The position numbers and the translations under genes are program-made. A stretch of 64,000 bases of DNA from an uncultured Methanosarcinaceae archaeon (GTDB lineage: Archaea > Halobacteriota > Methanosarcinia > Methanosarcinales > Methanosarcinaceae): assembly GCA_963733675.1 (NCBI GenBank), contig CAVTET010000001.1, positions 416,001-480,000 of the forward strand, written 5' to 3'. The notes under the pieces were generated by a model. The model saw only the letters and a list, made by a program, of their open reading frames with translations, was not told the origin of the DNA and ran no database searches. Positions 57,784 to 64,000 of this stretch are shown here, one piece after another. Position 1 is the first letter of the stretch; every line of letters begins with the position of its first letter.

Positions 57784-59103
57784 TTATCGCCTTTTAAATT
57801 CCCGGCATTTTTGCACGAATTTTTCTACCGGGAAACTGGCAGGATGAGTATGCATATACCCTGCAAGAGTATTGTGCTCTATGAGTCCATCAAAACCGTT
57901 ATTTATACCTTTTCCGCGGAGCATCTTGTATGCAAATCTTGCATCACGGTCACATTCTGTGAGTGAGTAATGAAATTCGTGACCTCTTATTTTATGAGAA
58001 CAGAAGTTTTTATTAAGAGGGAGTGCTTCAGTATAGCCTAAAGCCCTAAGCCGGTTTGTCATTCGTGTATTTGCAGGCACGACATCAGCTAGTTTATAAG
58101 TCCTGTTATCTACATCATAAGTCTTACATAGGTATAGCAGGCCTCCACATTCCGCATAAATTGGCAGGCCATCAGATGCAAGACTTTTAAGTTTACGAGT
58201 AGTCTCTGAATTTTCAAGTATTTCTGCATAGAGTTCAGGATAGCCACCTCCAAGGTAAATTCCATCCACATCTGGAACTTCTCCTGCCATTGGGCTAAAA
58301 AATACAACCTCGGCTCCACAATATCGGAAGGCATCGAACATATCTTGATAGTAAAAACAAAAGGCTGGATCCCGGGCAATTCCTACCTTGACTTCAGTCT
58401 CTGGTCTATGTAGATCCGCAATTTCCGGTGAAGAACAGGGTTCGGCAAGTTCAAGTACTGCATCAAGGTCAACATTATTCTCAATAAATGTTGCCATTTC
58501 TTTAGTGTTGTAATCCTTTTCGTGGGCCATATATAGCCCAAGGTGCCTAGATGGAATCTCAATGTCTTTCTTTCGTGGAATCATTCCTATAATAGGAATG
58601 TTATTACTAAGTGAATTTTTTAAGAGTTCCGCATGGCGTAAACTTCCTACTTGGTTCAGGATAATGCCTACAATCCTTACCTCAGGATCAAACTCTGAAT
58701 AACCTTTCAGCAAGGCTGCGACGCTCCTGGACATACCATGGACATTTATTACAAGAATTACAGGCAAGTTAAGGATTTTTGCAACGTGCGACGAGCTTGC
58801 AATTTCTGTAGAATCCATTCCATCAAAAAGCCCCATTGCACCCTCTACTACCACAATATCTGCATCTGTAGCCGTTCTGGCGACAATCTGCCCAACTCCA
58901 TCTGTACCCATCATATATGTATCCAGATTTCTGGAAAGGCGCCCACAGATTACAGTGTGATGAGAGGTATCAATGTAATCAGGTCCTACCTTATAAGGCT
59001 GGACTTTTAGCCCTCTGTGCTTGAGGGCAGCCATTATGCCCATTGAAACTGTAGTTTTTCCAACTCCGCTGTGGGTTCCTGCAATAAGTATTCCTTTTGT
59101 CAT
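57784..59103 (-). CDS. cbiA: cobyrinate a,c-diamide synthase (CbiA/CobB family; CfbB not excluded)
   Basis: SGVGKTT, KVGPDYID, EGAMGLFDG, PSRHLGL, GGGYPE, AECGG, GHEFHYS. Not in a cfb cluster. Confidence 0.85.
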   Translation of the reverse strand: MTKGILIAGTHSGVGKTTVSMGIMAALKHRGLKVQPYKVGPDYIDTSHHTVICGRLSRNLDTYMMGTDGVGQIVARTATDADIVVVEGAMGLFDGMDSTEIASSSHVAKILNLPVILVINVHGMSRSVAALLKGYSEFDPEVRIVGIILNQVGSLRHAELLKNSLSNNIPIIGMIPRKKDIEIPSRHLGLYMAHEKDYNTKEMATFIENNVDLDAVLELAEPCSSPEIADLHRPETEVKVGIARDPAFCFYYQDMFDAFRYCGAEVVFFSPMAGEVPDVDGIYLGGGYPELYAEILENSETTRKLKSLASDGLPIYAECGGLLYLCKTYDVDNRTYKLADVVPANTRMTNRLRALGYTEALPLNKNFCSHKIRGHEFHYSLTECDRDARFAYKMLRGKGINNGFDGLIEHNTLAGYMHTHPASFPVEKFVQKCREFKRR

Positions 59104-59434
59104 CTACTTGATATTGTTGCCGTTAAAATATATTAAAGCTATTAGTCCAGTTGTTGCGAGTGGTTTGTAGCCATCGCCAAGGACTAAATCCAAATTTAGG
59201 CTATGGACCCCACTGCAAGCAACTGTGCATCATTGATCTGAATATAAAGAGATTATTCAAGATCAAATACTTTCATTTGCGTATATGCTCCTTTTTCTAT
59301 CTGATTTTCCTGATTTTCAACATCATTTTAATTACATAGTAAGTTGTACCATCATTCACAGTTCCAATGTAACTTCCCTCAATCCATAGTTCTCTAAGTT
59401 ATGTCTTTTTTTTCAAAATCAGATATTCTTATTT

Positions 59435-60136
59435 CTAAAAATTTAATTTACCATTTTCGGTCTTTAATTCCCACTTTGAAAAAAACTTGCTCAAATATGC
59501 AATGAATTCTTTGTTATGGTGCCTCTCTAACAGATGTGTCATTTCATGTACAACTACATATTCAATACATTCTCTGGGCTTCTTCGCTAACTCAAGATTC
59601 AGCCATATTCTTTTTGTTTCTATATTACAAGTTCCCCATTTTGTTTTCATTTTTTTAATCCCAAATTCAACCACATTAACCTTCATTGATTCTTCGTATT
59701 GAGTAATTATTGTGTGGATAATTTCTTTAAGTCTTTTGCGATACCATTCATCTAATATTTTTTTCCTTTTGTCAGAATTTGTACCTGGTCGTATATACAA
59801 TTCAATTGTTTCATGCTTAACTAACACTTTTGGAGCAGTATTATGTTCTATGACTTTTAACAGGTATCGCTTGCCCAGGTAGTAATGACCTTCTCTTGTA
59901 ATGTAATCTCTTGGCGTTTCACTCTCTTGATTTTGTAGTTTGATCTGCTGTTTATTTATCCAACTCATTTTTGAAATAGCAAATACTCTGATGGTATCTA
60001 GGTTCATCCGTAAAGGTGCAGAAATCTTCACCTTACCATTTGGCGGATAAACACTTAGGTGCACATTTTTTATGTCTTTGTGCACAACATCGATGGACAT
60101 ATCACCCAATATTATTTGTTGCATATCAATACTCAT
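59435..60136 (-). CDS. YgjP/DUF45 M48-family metallopeptidase (type I R-M associated)
   Basis: KNVHLSVYPP, MKTKWGTCN, IWLNLEL, YVVVHEMTH (HExxH). The C-terminus may be altered. Confidence 0.88.
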   Translation of the reverse strand: MSIDMQQIILGDMSIDVVHKDIKNVHLSVYPPNGKVKISAPLRMNLDTIRVFAISKMSWINKQQIKLQNQESETPRDYITREGHYYLGKRYLLKVIEHNTAPKVLVKHETIELYIRPGTNSDKRKKILDEWYRKRLKEIIHTIITQYEESMKVNVVEFGIKKMKTKWGTCNIETKRIWLNLELAKKPRECIEYVVVHEMTHLLERHHNKEFIAYLSKFFSKWELKTENGKLNF

Positions 60137-60530
60137 TCTGCTGTTTAATTATAGGAAAAACCCTTCGACCTTATTTTATCTTTGAGTATTTTATAAAATT
60201 CGCTTTTATTTAATTCTCCTTAGACTGATTGCCACGCCAGTTAACTTTTTTACTCGCTTAATAGCATTATTCAATTCAACAGCTAAGGATTCATTCTCAT
60301 TCAGATTATGATATATAACTCTTTGAACATTCTTTTGAATATTTGGAGGTAAATAGTCACTATTTGTATTACTTACCTTTTTTGATAATTCGGCAATTCT
60401 CGTAGGTATTCCTCATAGCTACTGGTATTTTATCTTCTTTCTGTGATTATTTCATATAAAAACCTGGACATTCCATCATAATAAGCCGGATCTATTAAAT
60501 GCTCCTTGATAATTCTCTTCCGCAAGGATT
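60126..60530 (-). pseudogene. type I restriction enzyme HsdR C-terminal remnant
   Basis: Relics DPAYYDGMS, RVIYHNLNENESLAVELNNAIKRVK, WRGNQSKE, FPIIKQQNEY*. The stop overlaps the YgjP start (ATGAGTATTGA). Confidence 0.7.
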
Positions 60531-60657
60531 AAACTTTAATGCTGATATTTTGCGGCTTCAGCCTGTTTGACAATTGCTATTTTTATTATGTTTAATAAGG
60601 ATACATCCCTGATCATAGCTCTTTTAACCCTAATCCAGAATGCTTAGAGGTATTACT

Positions 60658-60924
60658 TTAGAAGTTCGTGAATTCTCTTTTATAAGAGGTTTTCTCTCCG
60701 AAAGCCATGAAGACGCCTGGCTCATCATACTTTTTGGCTCCCTTGACCAGAAACTCCATGGCAATAAGTGTCTTTCCTGAACCTGCACTTCCATCTACAA
60801 GTGTAGTATGACCCTTTGGCAGTCCGCCATCAGTGATATCATCAAAACCAGTAATACCAATTGGAGACTTTTCTAGATGCTTTTCTGTTAAAGTTTGGTT
60901 ATCTTCTTCAATCATCAAATGCAC
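60658..60924 (-). pseudogene. KaiC-like ATPase, N-terminal fragment
   Basis: GITGFDDITDGGLPKGHTTLVDGSAGSGKT...EPGVFMAF, truncated after ~80 aa. Confidence 0.85.
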
Positions 60925-61289
60925 CTTTTAAAATCAATTACGAAATCGGTAATTTTAGTCCCTTTAGCCTTGGTTTAATATGGAAAGTCTTACCTGCATA
61001 TGTATTTGAAAAATCGAATGTTAGCTCGTCTAAAAAATATAATTGCATGCAAGTAAATGGACAAAAATAATAAGATAGGACATTCATCCAAACAATTTCA
61101 GTTTATGGTATTTTATATCTTATTTGTATTGTTTTACTGATTTCTAATAGTTGATAGTCCTGAAAGTAGCTAGCTAGGAATGATGCAACAATAGTGATTC
61201 AAAACAGAGAACTTAAAATTAAATAGATGTGGTGTACATTGCAAACAAATAGTCTTATTATGTGCACCAAGCAATCTATACCAGTGTAT

Positions 61290-61625
61290 TCACGCAGTAG
61301 AAATACACAATACTTTTCTCAATGTTAATTGGTATTTTTTCATGTTTCTAAACAGTTTAGGACATGATTTAAATTTTAATTGATCATCATTTTCACAAGT
61401 AGTATCGTCGTTGCAGCTACCATGATAACACGGGATTTTTTCATTACGGCAATGACAATGGGCGCACCCACAGGTGTGTGAATGAAGACATCCACCAGTG
61501 TGAGGGTAGAAGCTGCCATAACTGCTATAGTTATCACAAATATGGTGATGGCCATGCTAATGGCATGCACTCGCTGTCCAAGGCATTGAATCCTGCGTCT
61601 CACCCGCGATACTAACTAATATCAA
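61290..61625 (-). other. Cys/His-rich reading frame with one in-frame TAG (pseudogene or readthrough candidate)
   Basis: LILVSIAGETQDSMPWTASACH*HGHHHICDNY...GCLHSHTCGCAHCHCRNEKIPCYHGSCNDDTTC. TAG at 61557-61559. Confidence 0.5.
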
Positions 61626-61987
61626 AAAATCCAAACAATGTTTAGAAATAATATTTATTTAGGACTATTAAGAATATTTTTATATTCCTTTTAGGAATAT
61701 CAATATTAAAACCTCTCAGGTTTGTTTTAATCGCTTTATAAACAATCTAAATAATCAGGGAAATTTCTGATCCTTCCACTCTACCAAGGTAACCTAGACT
61801 GAAAACGGCTACTCTCTCAGGTTCATTAACCATTTCTAGAGACTGTTAGAGTATCAAAATACAACTATTAATTCAGAAAGCAATACTGAACTGAAATCAA
61901 CCATAATCTCTAACTTCTAGTTTCACTAATATTTTTGGATTATATTCAATATTTACATATGGTATTCAAAATAATGCAGAAAAATCG

Positions 61988-62476
61988 TTAAACAATGACC
62001 AAATAAGATCTTTTTACCTTTTTCGATAGCATCTCCCTTACAATAAGTACTACTTTTTTCGAGTGGCTGACCACATTTTCAGTTACGCTTCCTATCAGGA
62101 ATCTCTGGATTACGTTTTTCCCGTGCGTGCCCATAACGATAAGGTCGATATCGTTTTTTTCTGCAAGGTCGACAATCTCATCCACAGGACTTCCTTCAAG
62201 AATTACAGATTCGAGTTCAATGTTTGCAGCTTTTCCAGTGTTTTCGACATAAGTTGTTGCTTCTTTACCTTCTGTTATGAGTTGCTCTTTCATTGCTTTT
62301 TCCCATTCAGTATCTCTGGAAGGAGTTATCGAATAACCTCCAAGTGAAATCACATATATAGCATATAGCTTTGCCTTACATAACTTTGCAGTTTCAATTG
62401 CTGAATCAACTGCTTTTCTTACTAGTTCCGAACCGTCAGTTGCAACCATTATCTTCCTGAAAATATTGCTACCCAT
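61988..62476 (-). CDS. universal stress protein (UspA family)
   Basis: KIMVATDGS, GSPVDEI, DLIVMGTHG..FLIGSVTENV. Confidence 0.93.
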   Translation of the reverse strand: MGSNIFRKIMVATDGSELVRKAVDSAIETAKLCKAKLYAIYVISLGGYSITPSRDTEWEKAMKEQLITEGKEATTYVENTGKAANIELESVILEGSPVDEIVDLAEKNDIDLIVMGTHGKNVIQRFLIGSVTENVVSHSKKVVLIVREMLSKKVKRSYLVIV

Positions 62477-62929
62477 ATTTGATTCCTCTTTTTCCGTTCC
62501 TTTATTCTATATTATTTCAGAGTGTTTATCCTAAAATAATTTAGCCCGGAAAATAATTTTATAGGCACAGTAAAAATTAACACCTCCATAACTCGGAAAA
62601 CGAATTTATCGTCAATAACATGCATCTCTCAACTAATCATAAATTCAAAGCTGAACTAAGGAAAATACGGACGAAATAGAAAGGGAAGAAAAATTTTCTC
62701 ATGTACTTCATTTCTTCCATGTCTTACTTGGTTATTCAATAATTTATGACTTAAATGTGAATAGTCAAATTCAAAAATAGATACGTTTTTTAGAATTTTG
62801 ATTAATTAGTGAGTTTGTTATAAATAAAGATAGTTTTTTAAAAATTTGATAAAAATATTTGATTAACAAATACTAGGTATAATTAATTATAGAGTTGGCC
62901 ATAATTATCCCACCTTCTCATAACCCAAA

Positions 62930-63500
62930 CAGCTAATCATATTCTAAATCCTGCTTTTATTGGTAATCAATTAAATAAAGCATTTTCTATAAATTTCAGT
63001 TCCCCCCATTTCAGAGCTCTTTAGTCTTTCTTCTGTATCATTTAATGGATTCCTCAAAGGTTTCAAATTCTCCTCTGAACATTATGTATTTATTAAAGCA
63101 TTTCTCAATTTTTTCATTTGCATGATGATGTTTTACCTTGCCAGTATTGTTTAATCTCTATTTTTCATTGTGTCTCATGAACTTCTATCTCATAAGCCAT
63201 ACTTATTAATTCTATTTGCACCGAATTCACTCCCATGATCCATTTGAGCAATTATTAATTTCTTCAATGATCAAATATACCTAGCGCTCTGAAAAGTTGT
63301 TCTATCAATTTGATCGTGTTTAGCCTATTGCACTTAACATATCCTACCAGCAATAATCACTTATGCACCATCAAAAATAGCATAGATCTGCAGCTTTATG
63401 AGGGGATTCTCATGTCAGTCTTTCGCCCAACAAACGTGCTATGTTCACGTTCATATTTGCAACATTTCCTTCTGCGTCTATTTTTGCTAGCCTTAAAGTG
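62930..63500 (-). mobile_element. decayed IS481-family transposase
   Basis: Relics HENPLIKLQIYAIFDGA, MDHGSEFGANRINKYG, KHHHANEKIEKCFNKYIMFRGEFETFEE. Confidence 0.7.
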
Positions 63501-64000
63501 CGAGGTTCATGTTGAGTAGATAATTGTGCATTCCACTTTCCACAGATGCACACAAGAATGCCATCAATTTTCTTAAGATGCCAGCAGCTTAAAAATGAAT
63601 TTAATTTTAATGGATTAATAGTAACTAACAGAAAAAAAATTATATATATGTTTAAATCTGCTAAATATTGGATGGATTTTGTTAATGAGATATTTTACTA
63701 TTATCCCCAGCTTCTATTATCTATTCAAGGTAACAAGCTCCAAACTAATTATCGGAATAAGTTTGATCAATTAGCTTTATTAAGTCATAAAATCATTTTC
63801 TTTGGAAGGCCAAGATTTTAACCAATAAGAAGTTATTGAGCAGCGTATAAATAATACTTCTTCAAAATTTGTTGAACTCAGTAAACTGAGATCTACTGGA
63901 TCTTACTTATAGTAAAATAGTCTTTTCTCAATTCTTCTTATGAATGATGAGCCAATTGATCTTTATGAAGTTGAACATTACAATCGAAATTCTCACTCGA

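Noticed and set aside
59142-59225. Canonical cobalamin riboswitch upstream of cbiA
   Set aside because: No recognisable B12-box or GGGAA core on the coding strand; kept only as an unexplained structure.
61376-61603. 75-aa hydrophobic ORF from the track
   Set aside because: Its Ile/Val/Met richness is what a shifted reading of the overlapping His/Cys-rich frame would produce.
1-64000. CRISPR array or rRNA
   Set aside because: No regularly spaced repeats or rRNA-like sequence seen. The repeats found are IS relics or TRAM paralogs.

Overview
This is an archaeal window from a Methanosarcina-like methanogen (Methanosarcinales). Its core is the methanogenesis locus: mmp10 divergent from mcrBDCGA, with the canonical mcrB promoter and a terminator. 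Housekeeping genes include hemB, form III RuBisCO, sua5, PolD large subunit, three TRAM RNA chaperones, engB, sepS, hef, glyS, cbiA and tRNA-Pro(TGG). There is also a CHASE4-type hybrid kinase / receiver / wHTH signalling module. By my hand tally, intact CDS cover only about half of the window. The AT-rich gaps hold many decayed IS elements (IS6, IS200/IS605, three IS5 types, IS66, IS481) and pseudogenes (ADP-ribosylglycohydrolase, MBL hydrolase, Zn-finger protein, DUF1254, hsdR, kaiC, possible phage terminase). The most interesting unannotated signals are: a 28-aa Trp/Gly-rich small ORF with a strong RBS; a Cys/His-rich reading frame interrupted by one amber codon; and a GC-rich, possibly bistable hairpin upstream of cbiA. 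All family assignments come from recalled motifs and manual translation, not database searches.
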